A DNA stretch of 64,000 bases from NCBI GenBank assembly GCA_039714595.1, contig JBDLJA010000011.1, positions 148 to 64,147 of the forward strand, read 5' to 3'. The first letter of the stretch is position 1; every line of letters begins with the position of its first letter. The notes under the pieces are model-generated. The model did not search any database. It saw nothing but the letters and a program-made list of their open reading frames with translations, and was not told where the DNA came from. Position numbers and translations under genes: made by a program. Of this stretch, positions 29,301 to 38,917 are shown piece after piece. Source of the stretch: Thermodesulfobacteriota bacterium (GTDB lineage Bacteria > Desulfobacterota > Desulfobulbia > Desulfobulbales > SURF-16).

Positions 29301-29966
29301 ATTATCGGCCGCCGCTGTTATCAGTTTGTCTGTCTTTAGATCCTGCAGATCAATGAATATCTCGCCGCTCCCGTCACTGTTAACCTCTCCATCGGCCTCC
29401 AGCTGGCCCGTCTTGGGGGAGGATGCCTGGCCACTGAAAGAAATCTTGCCGTGCCGCGCCTTAATCCCGGCCTTGATTCCGGTGAACTGCAGGGGAGCAA
29501 GCTCATAACCGGCCGGCAGCACCTTGCCGGGTATGCTCAGCTCCCCTTCCGAGAGGTTGAAGTTCATCCCGGCCGGGACCACGGGGAGCTGAAAGCGGTT
29601 GTCGTCAACCGTGGCCGGCCATTTTTCCAGCATCACCTGGGGCCTGTTTATGGTGATGGTGGCAATGGCGGCGTCACTCTGCCAGGGGAATTTTAACTTG
29701 GGCGATATGGTGATCTCTTTCGTCTTGATCTGGACAGAATCATTTTCCAGGGAACTTGAGGCTATCTGGAAGTGGGGCCGGGGCAACCAGGAAAATTGGA
29801 CCGGGGCAATCTCCACCTCAAAATCGTAGCTCTGTTCCAGGGCGCTATCAAGGCGCTGATGAATGGCCTGCACCTGGAGGAGGAAGGGGGCGGCCCAGAT
29901 GGTTAAGGCCGTGAGGATCAGTAAGCCTGCCAGGAGCAGTTTTTTTATCTTTCCAGAAGAGGCCAT
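26367..29966 (-). CDS. AsmA-like / YhdP-type bridge-like envelope protein
   Basis: N-terminal TM, about 1200 aa beta-rich, C-terminal KVPLVGRILGG...VQVSGPIRDPKV typical of AsmA_2. Confidence 0.85.
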   Translation of the reverse strand: MASSGKIKKLLLAGLLILTALTIWAAPFLLQVQAIHQRLDSALEQSYDFEVEIAPVQFSWLPRPHFQIASSSLENDSVQIKTKEITISPKLKFPWQSDAAIATITINRPQVMLEKWPATVDDNRFQLPVVPAGMNFNLSEGELSIPGKVLPAGYELAPLQFTGIKAGIKARHGKISFSGQASSPKTGQLEADGEVNSDGSGEIFIDLQDLKTDKLITAAADNMCQPGDQAANLNLAGKWQGKETWQLDVRGQLPDFFLLRRGKKQHFIPGQADIRLQQEGDRQRFAIKKLQFNEPAAKLSGEISHTGQGDDAIYNLDLGGQDIDVAGVREHILALLGDSEVATLALDIVRSGTAKSARFQFNDTLAAFANVTAMTIKVDVDDAWIHLGAIPLDLHHATGPIIIKDGILSGKGCVADVADSHGSDGSFLVGLADDEDGLEVDVLIDANLSELPATLRQLLPDKDVVRELGKVEGKGRATGRLTIGGTLDEYQVTVDVHAFAKAVARYDRLSWPLSVTKGKIQVSDSSATWQGINGILGLHQIHACDGNIQWDKAATPLTITALKGRLDLNTIYNEMVSHPVLHDFLSPVLSSIQGSAKIKGSMQGPFFQPEKWTYKADLELRDVDFSAPFLGDETSLASGQARLTERKISLASDKMLLMGEELGVNLTVNHKLWDDFSGELIVDGWLQGQHLAWLRQHDFIKTNTTLITPARLTDFHFNWNDKRTNIAGTIHSSKETTKASLALTVMDEGMEGSVSLDRQGEKALLAGSLIPRRNKYDLQFQGKLSQETMAELFQNLKYQASAISGDFQMQSWPDEQNGKQHFMFAGGLKVDGLQFPLGPKNILISSPHISLAGKGRELEVEQFSFRAKEKQISAGGSLKTTAGQGQIEAEVSSESELDKELLSELASAWHSYFPDKEKRMNFQLSGGIDFNLHHFSLNLAEDSPRQALLPFSPLQGRYTFNPEKSSLNLSKSQVCAMTVEGQMERRKDKTSKEDFRLYSEKGRPLDLKSFLNCLDMETSMDGPLVLNAKIAAESGLCKDGKVYLHSEEGSIKKMVVLAKVFSLINLTGLSGAIWHKGFYYHSFTIDGTICDNVLTIDTGLIDGDGVNIVIQGVVNLNKQEYDLNLFVVPFVAVNNIVTKVPLVGRILGGKAKRIISIPVQVSGPIRDPKVTILKPSAVTKATTKWLLETIILPLEWATN

Positions 29967-29967
29967 A

Positions 29968-31740
29968 TCACTCAATACCCGCCAGCATCTGGTCTATGAT
30001 CGTGAGCCCGCCCTGCCAGAAGTCGGCCTCGTCCAGGTTGACCCCGAAGGGTGCCACCAGCTCATAGGGGGAAAGGGATCCACCGGCGGCAAGCAGGGTC
30101 TCGTAGTTGTCTATGAAACTGGCCTTATCGTCTAGAAAGAGGCGGTAGAGGGCCAGGACCAGTAACTCGCCAAAGGCGTAGGAGTAGACGTAGCCGGGGC
30201 TGGCGAGGAAGTGGGGGATGTAGGACCACCAGACGTCATAATCGGCGCTTAAGGTAACCGAGTCGCCAAACATCTCCGCCTGATTCTTCCGCCAATGGCG
30301 GTTGAAGTCTGCTATGGCCAGCTCGCCCCTTGCCCGGCGCTCTTCGTGAATGGCCGCTTCGAAGCGGTTCATGGCCACCTGCCTAAATACCGTGGCGAAG
30401 ATCGATTCCAGCTTCTGGCAGACAAAGGCGCGCCGCTCCTCCTCTCCGGCAATGGCTTGCATCTGGGTATGGAAGAGGACGAGCTCGGCCATCACCGAGG
30501 CGGTCTCGGCCAGGACTAAAGGGGTGTCGCTGTTAAAATAGCCCTGCTCCGCGGCCAGGTACTGGTGGACGCCATGCCCCAGTTCGTGGGCCACGGTGGA
30601 GACGTCGCGGATATTACCGCCATAGTTGACCATGACGTAAGGGTGAACTTCAGGCACGCAGGGGTGGGCAAAGGCGCCCGAACTCTTGCCCGGTGTTATC
30701 GGGGCGTGGATCCAGTTATTTTTAAAGAACAGGCTGGCTATCTCCGCCATCCGGGGGGAGAAGTCCGCAAAGGAGGCGAGGACCATCTCCTGGCAGCGGG
30801 GCCAGCTGATCTGCTCCTGGGGCAGGTGGGGCAGGGGGGCGTAGCGGTCATAGTCGTGGAGGGCGGGCAGCTCCAGGATCTGCTGTTTCAAGCGGTAATA
30901 ACGCTGAACAATATCATAGCGATCCTGGACCGCGCTCACCAAGGTGGTCACGGTGGATTCGTGCAGCTCATTGTTCAGGTGCATGGCGCAGTCCCAGGTA
31001 GGGTAGCTCCTGAGGCGGTCGCTGATCATCTTATCGGCCAGGATGGTGTTGAAGATATGGCCCAGGACATGGAGTTGGGATTTCAGGCCAGTTGTGAGGT
31101 CGGCGGCGGCCTGTTGGCGCACCTCGCGCCTGGGGCTGTACAGGTCGTTTAACACCTCCTCTTCAGCGCGCTGCTTTTCGCCAAAGCGCAGCTGGGCCAT
31201 CACCTTGTCAAAGAGGCTGTTCCAGCTGGAGTTTGCCACCGGGGCAATTTCAAGGAGGAGAGACTCCTCCTTTGCGTCCAGCAGGTGGTGGCTGAACCTT
31301 CTGATGTTTTTTAAGAAATGGCGGTAATGATCAAGATCCGCTGCGTCCAGCAGTTCCCTGGCCGGTTCATCGCCAAGTTTGGCAAACTCCAGCTCAAAGA
31401 AGATGGTCTGCTTACTGATCTGGCTCAGCTCTTCCTGGATCTTCTGCAGGAAGGCGCCGGCTTGCGGGTTGTCCACCTGGGTGGCGAAGTTAAGATAGCT
31501 GAAACTTGCCAGCTTGGCTGAGATTGTCGCCACCTCCTCAAGACCCTTAACCACTTCTTTAAGCTCGGGCGCGGAGAGGGTGGCCAGCTGGCCGCTATAC
31601 CTTTCGTTAAGGCGCAGGGCAAGCCTTTTTGCCTGGTCCAGGTCGCGGCCAATGGCCGGGTCACTGATCTCCTGATAGAGATCGGTCAGGTCCCAGATAA
31701 CCTTGGTGCTGTGCAGATCGATATGGGGCTTACGGGTCAT
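29968..31740 (-). CDS. pepF: M3 family oligoendopeptidase F
   Basis: WDLTDLY, GKSSGAF, TVAHELGHGVH, LAETAS and YVYSYAFG. Confidence 0.93.
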   Translation of the reverse strand: MTRKPHIDLHSTKVIWDLTDLYQEISDPAIGRDLDQAKRLALRLNERYSGQLATLSAPELKEVVKGLEEVATISAKLASFSYLNFATQVDNPQAGAFLQKIQEELSQISKQTIFFELEFAKLGDEPARELLDAADLDHYRHFLKNIRRFSHHLLDAKEESLLLEIAPVANSSWNSLFDKVMAQLRFGEKQRAEEEVLNDLYSPRREVRQQAAADLTTGLKSQLHVLGHIFNTILADKMISDRLRSYPTWDCAMHLNNELHESTVTTLVSAVQDRYDIVQRYYRLKQQILELPALHDYDRYAPLPHLPQEQISWPRCQEMVLASFADFSPRMAEIASLFFKNNWIHAPITPGKSSGAFAHPCVPEVHPYVMVNYGGNIRDVSTVAHELGHGVHQYLAAEQGYFNSDTPLVLAETASVMAELVLFHTQMQAIAGEEERRAFVCQKLESIFATVFRQVAMNRFEAAIHEERRARGELAIADFNRHWRKNQAEMFGDSVTLSADYDVWWSYIPHFLASPGYVYSYAFGELLVLALYRLFLDDKASFIDNYETLLAAGGSLSPYELVAPFGVNLDEADFWQGGLTIIDQMLAGIE

Positions 31741-31969
31741 TATCTTTTACGTTTATGAGACCAAGGGCCTGGGCAGGGAAAAATTAGTAGAGACAAGTAA
31801 TTACATCATACATGATGACTGTTTTTTTGACAATGGAGGGTGTCTCCGGCCCCAAACAAAAATCTTGCCTTGAAACGTCTTCCCCTTTACTATCATCCAC
31901 TGGCCTTAAGGGCCGCAAAAAAGTGTAAGCCGTTTTACTGTTAATCCCCTGTTTGGTGCCCCGCCTATC

Positions 31970-33793
31970 ATGACATCTGCTGCAAATTACGATGAAAACA
32001 AGATTAAAACCCTCAGCTCCCTGGAGCATATCCGTCTGCGGCCCGGCATGTACATTGGCCGCCTGGGCAATGGCTCCCACCCCGATGACGGTATCTACAT
32101 CCTCTTAAAGGAGATCATTGATAACGGCGTTGATGAGTTTATCATGGGGGCCGGGAAGCAGATCGACATCAGTATCAGCGATTCTGGCGCGGTCACGATT
32201 CGTGATTATGGTCGCGGCATCCCCTTGGGCAAGATCGTTGAATGTGTCTCGGTTATTAATACCGGCGCCAAGTATAACAGCGACGTCTTTCAGTTCTCCG
32301 TGGGGTTGAACGGGGTGGGGACCAAGGCGGTGAACGCCCTCTCCTCATCCTTTACCGTTAGCGCCTTTCGCGACAAGAAGATGGCTTCCGCCACCTTTGA
32401 CGGCGGTGAGCTTGTTGACGAGAGCAGTGGCGCGGCCAGTGAGGAAAATGGCACCCTGGTGACCTTCAGCCCGGACGCCAATATCTTCAAGGATTTTTCC
32501 TTTAACTCTGACTTTATCCGTAAACGGCTCTGGCGTTACGCCTATCTGAACGCCGGTCTCCGTCTGATGTTTGCCGGTGAGCTTATTCACTCCGAAAATG
32601 GCCTGCTGGACCTCCTGGATCGGGAGATCGATTCAAGCGAGCTATACGCCCCTGTCCATTACCAGGATGACACCCTGGAGTTTGCCTTCAGCCACATCAA
32701 CAATTACGGCGAGGCGTACTTCTCCTTTGTCAACGGGACCTACACCAATGAGGGCGGCACCCATCTCTCCGCCTTTCGCGAGGGGATTCTCAAGGGGGTT
32801 AATGAGTTTTCCGGCAAGAAATATTCGGGAAGCGATGTGCGGGAGGGCATTGTCGGCACGATAGCGGTGAAGGTGGTGGAGCCGATCTTTGAATCGCAGA
32901 CCAAGAACAAGCTGGGCAACACCGATATCAGGGCCGACATCGTCAACCGGGTGCGCCAGTTTGTCTCTGATTCCCTCTATCGAGATTCGGAACTTGCCGA
33001 GGTGATGCTCCATAAGATCCAACAGAACGCCAAGATCCGCAAGGAGCTGCAGTCGGTGCGTAAAGAGGCCAAGGCCCGGGCCAAAAAAGTTACCCTGCGC
33101 ATCCCCCAGCTTAAAGACTGCAAGTATCATCCCACCAAGGGTAAACCGTCGGCGGAGGGCAAGGAGAACATGATCTTCCTCACCGAGGGCCAGTCCGCCT
33201 CCGGTTCCATTGTCAGCGCCCGGGACCCCATGACCCAGGCCGTCTTTTCCCTCAAGGGCAAGCCGATGAACGTCTTTGGCCAGAACCAGGCCCTGCTCTA
33301 CAAGAACGATGAGATGTACAGCATCATGCGCACCTTGAATGTGGAGGAGTCGGTGGGCCATCTCCGCTATGACAAGATCATCATGGCCACCGATGCCGAT
33401 GTGGATGGCCTCCATATCAGGAACCTGCTCCTCACCTTCTTCCTCTTCTACTTTGAGCCGCTGGTGAAGATGGGCCATGTCTACATCCTGGAGACCCCCA
33501 TCTTCCGGGTCCGCAATAAAAAGGAGACCATCTACTGTTACTCAGAGGCGGAGAAGGGCAAGGCGAGCAGGAAACTAATGGGCCGGGCCAAGGTGAAAAA
33601 GGCGATAGAGATTACCCGCTTCAAGGGGTTGGGGGAGATTTCCCCCCGGGAATTTAAACAGTTCATCGGTGATAATATGCGCCTGGCCCAGGTAAACATC
33701 GATACCCTGTCCGAGGTGCCGAAGTTGCTGGAGTTCTACATGGGCAAGAACACCCCCCAGCGCAAGGATTACATCATGGAGCATCTGGTCTGA
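31970..33793 (+). CDS. parE: DNA topoisomerase IV subunit B
   Basis: EHIRLRPGMYIG, EIIDNGVDE, GLNGVG, LTEGQSA, TDADVDG and RFKGLGE. Confidence 0.92.
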   Translation: MTSAANYDENKIKTLSSLEHIRLRPGMYIGRLGNGSHPDDGIYILLKEIIDNGVDEFIMGAGKQIDISISDSGAVTIRDYGRGIPLGKIVECVSVINTGAKYNSDVFQFSVGLNGVGTKAVNALSSSFTVSAFRDKKMASATFDGGELVDESSGAASEENGTLVTFSPDANIFKDFSFNSDFIRKRLWRYAYLNAGLRLMFAGELIHSENGLLDLLDREIDSSELYAPVHYQDDTLEFAFSHINNYGEAYFSFVNGTYTNEGGTHLSAFREGILKGVNEFSGKKYSGSDVREGIVGTIAVKVVEPIFESQTKNKLGNTDIRADIVNRVRQFVSDSLYRDSELAEVMLHKIQQNAKIRKELQSVRKEAKARAKKVTLRIPQLKDCKYHPTKGKPSAEGKENMIFLTEGQSASGSIVSARDPMTQAVFSLKGKPMNVFGQNQALLYKNDEMYSIMRTLNVEESVGHLRYDKIIMATDADVDGLHIRNLLLTFFLFYFEPLVKMGHVYILETPIFRVRNKKETIYCYSEAEKGKASRKLMGRAKVKKAIEITRFKGLGEISPREFKQFIGDNMRLAQVNIDTLSEVPKLLEFYMGKNTPQRKDYIMEHLV

Positions 33794-35472
33794 TCTTCTT
33801 TTCCTGCTGAGAGCAAACCGTCCTTCACCGCCTGGCCCAGGCCGTTTAAGGTGTATGGTTTGCGCAGGAAGACGGCGGCCCCCAGCTCCATTACCCTGTT
33901 GGTCTCTCTGTTTTCAGCAAAGCCGCTGGCGATAATGGCCCGTTGGCCGGGCCGTGTCTTCAGCATCTCTGCATAGGTCTGGCAGCCGGAGAGCCCGTCT
34001 CCCATGACCATGTCCAGGACCACCAGATCTATCTCTTCTTCCCTAACCAGGGCGACACCCTTCTCGCCGGAATTCACCGTCTTTACCCGGTAGTTAAGTT
34101 CTTCCAGCATCCCCCGGGCGATCTCCAGGAGGAGCTCCTCATCATCCACCACCAGGATCGTCTCCCCCTGACCTTGCAGGGTCTTAGTAGCAATGGCCCG
34201 GGGCTGTGGGGTCTGGCTGGTCCGGCTCTTGGGGAAAAATAGGCGGAATTTAGTGCCCTGGGGGCTTGACTCAACCTTTATCGTGCCGCCATTGTCCTGG
34301 ACGCTGTTCCAGACCACGGTGAGGCCAAGGCCGGTACCGGAACGGCCCATCTTTTTTCGGGAGTAAAAGGGCTCAAATATATGCTCAAGGTCTTTTGCCG
34401 CTATGCCGGGGCCGCTGTCGCTAACAGTGATCACCGCGTAACCGCCCGGGGCCAGCTCCGGGCAGTCAGCAGAATTGGCCCCGGTAATTTCCTGGTTATG
34501 GCTGGCAAGGGTGAGGGTGCCAGACCCAGCTATCGCCTCACAGCCGTTGATCGCCAGGTTCATCAGCGATTTCTTCAACTGGTTGGGGGAGCAGATGATA
34601 CTGCTCAGGTCGGCTGACAGCTCCAGCTGAAAGTCAATGAGGGGGTGGAGTTCCTTAAGGCGGCTGAAATCAAGACTTGCCTGGTATTGTTCGATGAGCT
34701 GGTTAGGGTCGATTACCTCCTTGTCCCGGGCCGAATTGCGGGCGATGGCCAGGAGGTCGGCCACCACCTCGCTGGCCCGTTTGCCCGACTCCTTTATCCG
34801 CTCCAGGGGCTGGCGGAGATCACTCTCCGCCGGCAGGCTCTGGAGGAGGATGTCCGGGTAGCCAACCAGGCCGGCCAGGATGTTGTTCAGGTCATGGGCC
34901 ACGCCGCCGGCCATGAGGCCGATGGCCTCCATCTTCTGGGAGTTGTGGAGCTGGTTGCGCAGCTGCAGCTGTGCCACCTGGGCCTTGCGCCGCTCCTTTA
35001 TCTCATGGTTGAGCTGGGCAATGGCCTGTTGCCGCCTCTCGTTTTCATGACGCGCCTCTATCATCATGGCCTGCACTCGTTCCATGGCCATATTGAAGCC
35101 ATCTTTGGTCTTGGCCAGGGTGTTGGCCGTGTAGGCCATCTCGGCCAGCTGGGCTTTATTCTTATCGTTTTCCGCCGCTGTCGCCAGGAGGATGTCCTGG
35201 AGCATCATGGTGAACTGAGCGAGGTGTGGCAGCTGGGTGTCTGGGATGGTGACGTGCCAGAGATAGGGGCCAATTTGCTTATGGCGGAATCCATCGCCCT
35301 GGCTGAAGACGAGGCCGCGGACCCGGGCCGCGAAATCAGGGAGCAGGGCATAGGCCTCGCTGAGATCATTGGCCAGGATGGCAATATGGCCAGAGAGCAG
35401 GTGGCGCTTGCTTGGCGTTGCGTGGCAAAAACCTGGGGGCGGCTCGGCGATGAGGGAGTAGAGTTTTGTCAT
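33769..35472 (-). CDS. Cytoplasmic hybrid sensor histidine kinase (HisKA, HATPase, REC)
   Basis: AGGVAHDLNNIL, NLAING, DSGPGI, GTGLGL, LVVDDE, VLDM and LRKPY; no TM segment. Confidence 0.93.
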   Translation of the reverse strand: MTKLYSLIAEPPPGFCHATPSKRHLLSGHIAILANDLSEAYALLPDFAARVRGLVFSQGDGFRHKQIGPYLWHVTIPDTQLPHLAQFTMMLQDILLATAAENDKNKAQLAEMAYTANTLAKTKDGFNMAMERVQAMMIEARHENERRQQAIAQLNHEIKERRKAQVAQLQLRNQLHNSQKMEAIGLMAGGVAHDLNNILAGLVGYPDILLQSLPAESDLRQPLERIKESGKRASEVVADLLAIARNSARDKEVIDPNQLIEQYQASLDFSRLKELHPLIDFQLELSADLSSIICSPNQLKKSLMNLAINGCEAIAGSGTLTLASHNQEITGANSADCPELAPGGYAVITVSDSGPGIAAKDLEHIFEPFYSRKKMGRSGTGLGLTVVWNSVQDNGGTIKVESSPQGTKFRLFFPKSRTSQTPQPRAIATKTLQGQGETILVVDDEELLLEIARGMLEELNYRVKTVNSGEKGVALVREEEIDLVVLDMVMGDGLSGCQTYAEMLKTRPGQRAIIASGFAENRETNRVMELGAAVFLRKPYTLNGLGQAVKDGLLSAGKEDQTRCSMM

Positions 35473-35476
35473 TGCT

Positions 35477-36634
35477 CTAGTTGCTGCCCAGGACCAGCAT
35501 GACATAGGTCATATTGTGGAATAGGGTGGCGGAGTAGCAGCCGCTGCTGGTTTTAACCGGGCTTATCTCGCCTAAGGAGGGGAAACCGGCAATGGCGGGG
35601 GGGATATTGTCCGCCTGGCTCAGGGCGTCGATTTCAATACTGTTGTTGTTGCCTAAGAGCTGCTTGCGGCCGACGCAGCTGACGATCATGGCGGCCTCTG
35701 GCTGAAAGTCCAGCTGGTCCAGACCTTCCGCCGCTGTCTGAAGTTCAGCGGTTATCTGCTCGCTGTTGGTCATGCAGAGCTGGATCTGTTCCCCTTCGGC
35801 AATACCGCCAAAGAGCTTAATGTCACTGTCTTCGCCGGGATTGGTGGAGAGAAGCAGGGAGCGGTGGCGCATGATCTTAGGGTCCGCAGGATCCATGACA
35901 TTGGCGGTGATCACCCCGCAATCCATGTGATTTAAAGGCATGCCCAGGGACTCTTCCATAAATGTCATGGCCGGTTTCTGGTCAATATCATGGATGGTGG
36001 TGGCGGAGCAGCGGGTCAGGGTTCCCACCTTGCCATCAGGACTGGTGTTGTGAAAGGTGAGGATCTCAAAGGGGAAATCACCGCTTAAGGCGATGGTGAT
36101 AAGCACATCGGTGAGAACCTCTCTGTCTTTATAGAGAAAACAGCTCTCAATGGCAAAGTTGTCACCGGCCATCCCGCCCATTACCGGGGTCTTGGTGGCG
36201 TGATTAATGCCGCGCATAACCTCCGTGGCATCGGTGCGGAAGTCGCTGAAGAGGAGAAAGAGGCGGGCCTCGGGCGCCTTGGCGGCCAGCCGCGTCAGGC
36301 AGTTGTGGCTCGCCTCATAGGGCTTGGCCCCTACGCCATCCTCTATTTCCACCTGCCAGCTGATGGCGCCGTTACTGTTGATGGCCAGGGCGGAGATGCC
36401 CACGTTGGCAACCTTATCCTTCTCATAAAAACCATCACCGGTGCAGCCGATAAGAAGAACATCTCCATGGCCCAGGACATCATATATCGCCTCCGCTGTC
36501 TCCGGGGAGCCGTTGTAATCGATGGAGGCGAAGAGAAAGATTACCTCCGGATTACTGGCCTTAACGGCCTCGCCTATCTCGATGCCGGCCCGGTAGGGAT
36601 CCAGCTTCTGGGAAAAGGTGGATATGGTCTCCAT
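35477..36634 (-). CDS. Stand-alone FIST-domain sensor protein
   Basis: LIGCTGDG, GGMAGD, SCVGRK, GFPSLGEI and FHNMT. Confidence 0.9.
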   Translation of the reverse strand: METISTFSQKLDPYRAGIEIGEAVKASNPEVIFLFASIDYNGSPETAEAIYDVLGHGDVLLIGCTGDGFYEKDKVANVGISALAINSNGAISWQVEIEDGVGAKPYEASHNCLTRLAAKAPEARLFLLFSDFRTDATEVMRGINHATKTPVMGGMAGDNFAIESCFLYKDREVLTDVLITIALSGDFPFEILTFHNTSPDGKVGTLTRCSATTIHDIDQKPAMTFMEESLGMPLNHMDCGVITANVMDPADPKIMRHRSLLLSTNPGEDSDIKLFGGIAEGEQIQLCMTNSEQITAELQTAAEGLDQLDFQPEAAMIVSCVGRKQLLGNNNSIEIDALSQADNIPPAIAGFPSLGEISPVKTSSGCYSATLFHNMTYVMLVLGSN

Positions 36635-36907
36635 TAGATGAATTTATCCTTTTTATCTTTTTGTTTAAACAGAGGCTGTTCTGGTCGGTTTGGCACCATT
36701 AGTCCCGCCGCAACAACTTATTAGGATAACTATTACTAACTACCACAAAAAGATAATATGTCCAGTTTTCTTGCATCGTCTTGTCAGGATTGGGGCGGAG
36801 TAAAAAAACCGTGCTGCCGGCCGATGCCCTTTGCGCCACTTTGTGGTAATGTCACTAACTTCAACTCTTAACCCGACAAGTTATACTCCCCATTCGACCC
36901 ACTATCT

Positions 36908-38917
36908 ATGAAAACCCTTGATCATTACGGCTCGCTCCACCAGCTTTTTGACAGCAATTTTCTCGATTACACCTCTTACGTCATTAAGGAACGGGCCATT
37001 CCCCACCTTGATGACGGTCTGAAACCGGTGCAGCGCCGCATCATGCAGACCTTAAACAGTATGGATGATGGCCGCTTCAACAAGGTGGCCAATGTTGTCG
37101 GCGAGACGATGAAGCTCCATCCCCATGGCGATCAATCGATCTACGCCGCCCTGGTGAACCTGGCCAATAAGGGCTTTCTCATTGAGACCCAGGGTAACTT
37201 CGGCAATATCTACACCGGTGACGGGGCCTCCGCCGCCCGTTATATCGAATGCCGCTTAAGCCCCCTGGCCCGGCAGATCCTCTTCAACCCCGACCTCACC
37301 AGGTTTGAGGACTCCTATGACGGCCGGTTGGAAGAGGCCGTTACCCTGCCGGCCAAGATCCCCCTCCTCCTGCTCCAGGGGGCCGAGGGTATTGCCGTGG
37401 GCATGGCCACCAAGATCATGCCGCACAACTTCCTTGAGGTGCTTGAAGCCCAGCAGCAGATTCTCCGGGGCGAGGAGTTTTCCCTCTATCCCGATTTTCA
37501 GAAGGGGGGCATCCTGGATGTCTCCGCTTATGAGGACGGCAATGGCCGCTTGAAATGCCGGGCCAAACTGGAGGAGAAGAACGAAAAGACCATTATCATC
37601 ACCGAGATTCCCCACACCACCACCACCGCCTCCCTCCTTGAGAGCGTGGAGAAGGCGGCCAAGGCGGGCAAGATAAAGATCTCCTCCATCAACGATTACA
37701 CGGCTGAAAACGTTGAGCTTGAGATAAAACTCCCCCGGGGGATATACGCCGGCGATACCATTGCCGCCCTCTACGCCTTCACCGACTGCGAGGTATCCAT
37801 CAGCCCCAACTTCACCCTGCTGGTGGGCAACCAGCCGTGCACCATGAGCGTCTCAGAGGTGCTGCGGGCCAACACCGATAAGCTGGTCACTGATCTTGAG
37901 ACGGAGCTGGATATTCTCCTCTCCCGCCTCAAGGAGCGTCTGCACGCCCACCTCCTGGAGCAGATCTTCATCGAAGAGCGGCTCTACAAGGAGATTGAAG
38001 AGTGTCCCAGCTATGAGATCGTGGTGGAGACGGTGGCGAAATCGCTCTTGCCCTTCCGCGACCGGTTGCTCCGTGATGTGACTAAAGAGGATATCGAGCG
38101 TCTGCTGGAGATCAAGATCCGCCGCATCTCCCGCTACGACATCGATAAGAAGAATAAGGAGATCAAGGCGGTGGAGAAGAAGATCCGCCAGACCGAAAAG
38201 CACTTAAGCGACATGGTGGGCTTCACCGATAACTACATCGGAGAGTTGCTCAAGAAGTATGGCAAGGATTATCCCCGCCGCACTGAGCTTGCCACCTTCA
38301 GCGAGGTCAAGGCCCGCAAGGTGGCCATCTCCAACCTCACCGTGGGCTATGAGGAGGAGACCGGCTTCATCGGCCACCAGGTCAAGGGCGATGAGGGGAT
38401 GAGCTTCCCCTGTTCCCAGTATGACAAGATCATGGTCATCTTCAAAAATGGCCTCTACAAGGTGATCAATGTCACGGACAAGATCTTTCTCGGCCACGAT
38501 CTCTTCTGGATGGGCAAGGTGGCCCGCAAGCGCCTATTCAACGTGATCTACCGGGAGGGCACCTCAAACCTCTCCTACGTTAAGCGCTTCAAGATGCCGA
38601 AATTTATCCTGGACCGGGAGTATAACCTCTTCCCTGAGCATAAACGCTCCTTTATCCAGTACCTCTCAATCGATGGAGAGGAGAGGCTCCGCGTCTATCA
38701 CACCCCTAACAAACGGGCCAAGGCAAATTACGCCGATATAGAGCTGGCTGATTATCTGGTCAAGGGGGCGGCTGCCAAGGGCAAGCGCATCTCGGCCAGC
38801 CGGCCGGTTACCCGGTTGCGGATGCTGGCCGCCCAGGCAGAGGCGGGGGGGGAGGGGAGTGGCGAAGATGAGCCGCAGCCCCCCACTCTCTTCCAGGGGA
38901 ACAAGGACAATGGCTAA
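36908..38917 (+). CDS. parC: DNA topoisomerase IV subunit A
   Basis: RAIPHLDDGLKPVQRR, HPHGD, AARYIE (catalytic Tyr) and GIAVGMAT; short CTD, no GyrA box seen. Confidence 0.92.
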   Translation: MKTLDHYGSLHQLFDSNFLDYTSYVIKERAIPHLDDGLKPVQRRIMQTLNSMDDGRFNKVANVVGETMKLHPHGDQSIYAALVNLANKGFLIETQGNFGNIYTGDGASAARYIECRLSPLARQILFNPDLTRFEDSYDGRLEEAVTLPAKIPLLLLQGAEGIAVGMATKIMPHNFLEVLEAQQQILRGEEFSLYPDFQKGGILDVSAYEDGNGRLKCRAKLEEKNEKTIIITEIPHTTTTASLLESVEKAAKAGKIKISSINDYTAENVELEIKLPRGIYAGDTIAALYAFTDCEVSISPNFTLLVGNQPCTMSVSEVLRANTDKLVTDLETELDILLSRLKERLHAHLLEQIFIEERLYKEIEECPSYEIVVETVAKSLLPFRDRLLRDVTKEDIERLLEIKIRRISRYDIDKKNKEIKAVEKKIRQTEKHLSDMVGFTDNYIGELLKKYGKDYPRRTELATFSEVKARKVAISNLTVGYEEETGFIGHQVKGDEGMSFPCSQYDKIMVIFKNGLYKVINVTDKIFLGHDLFWMGKVARKRLFNVIYREGTSNLSYVKRFKMPKFILDREYNLFPEHKRSFIQYLSIDGEERLRVYHTPNKRAKANYADIELADYLVKGAAAKGKRISASRPVTRLRMLAAQAEAGGEGSGEDEPQPPTLFQGNKDNG

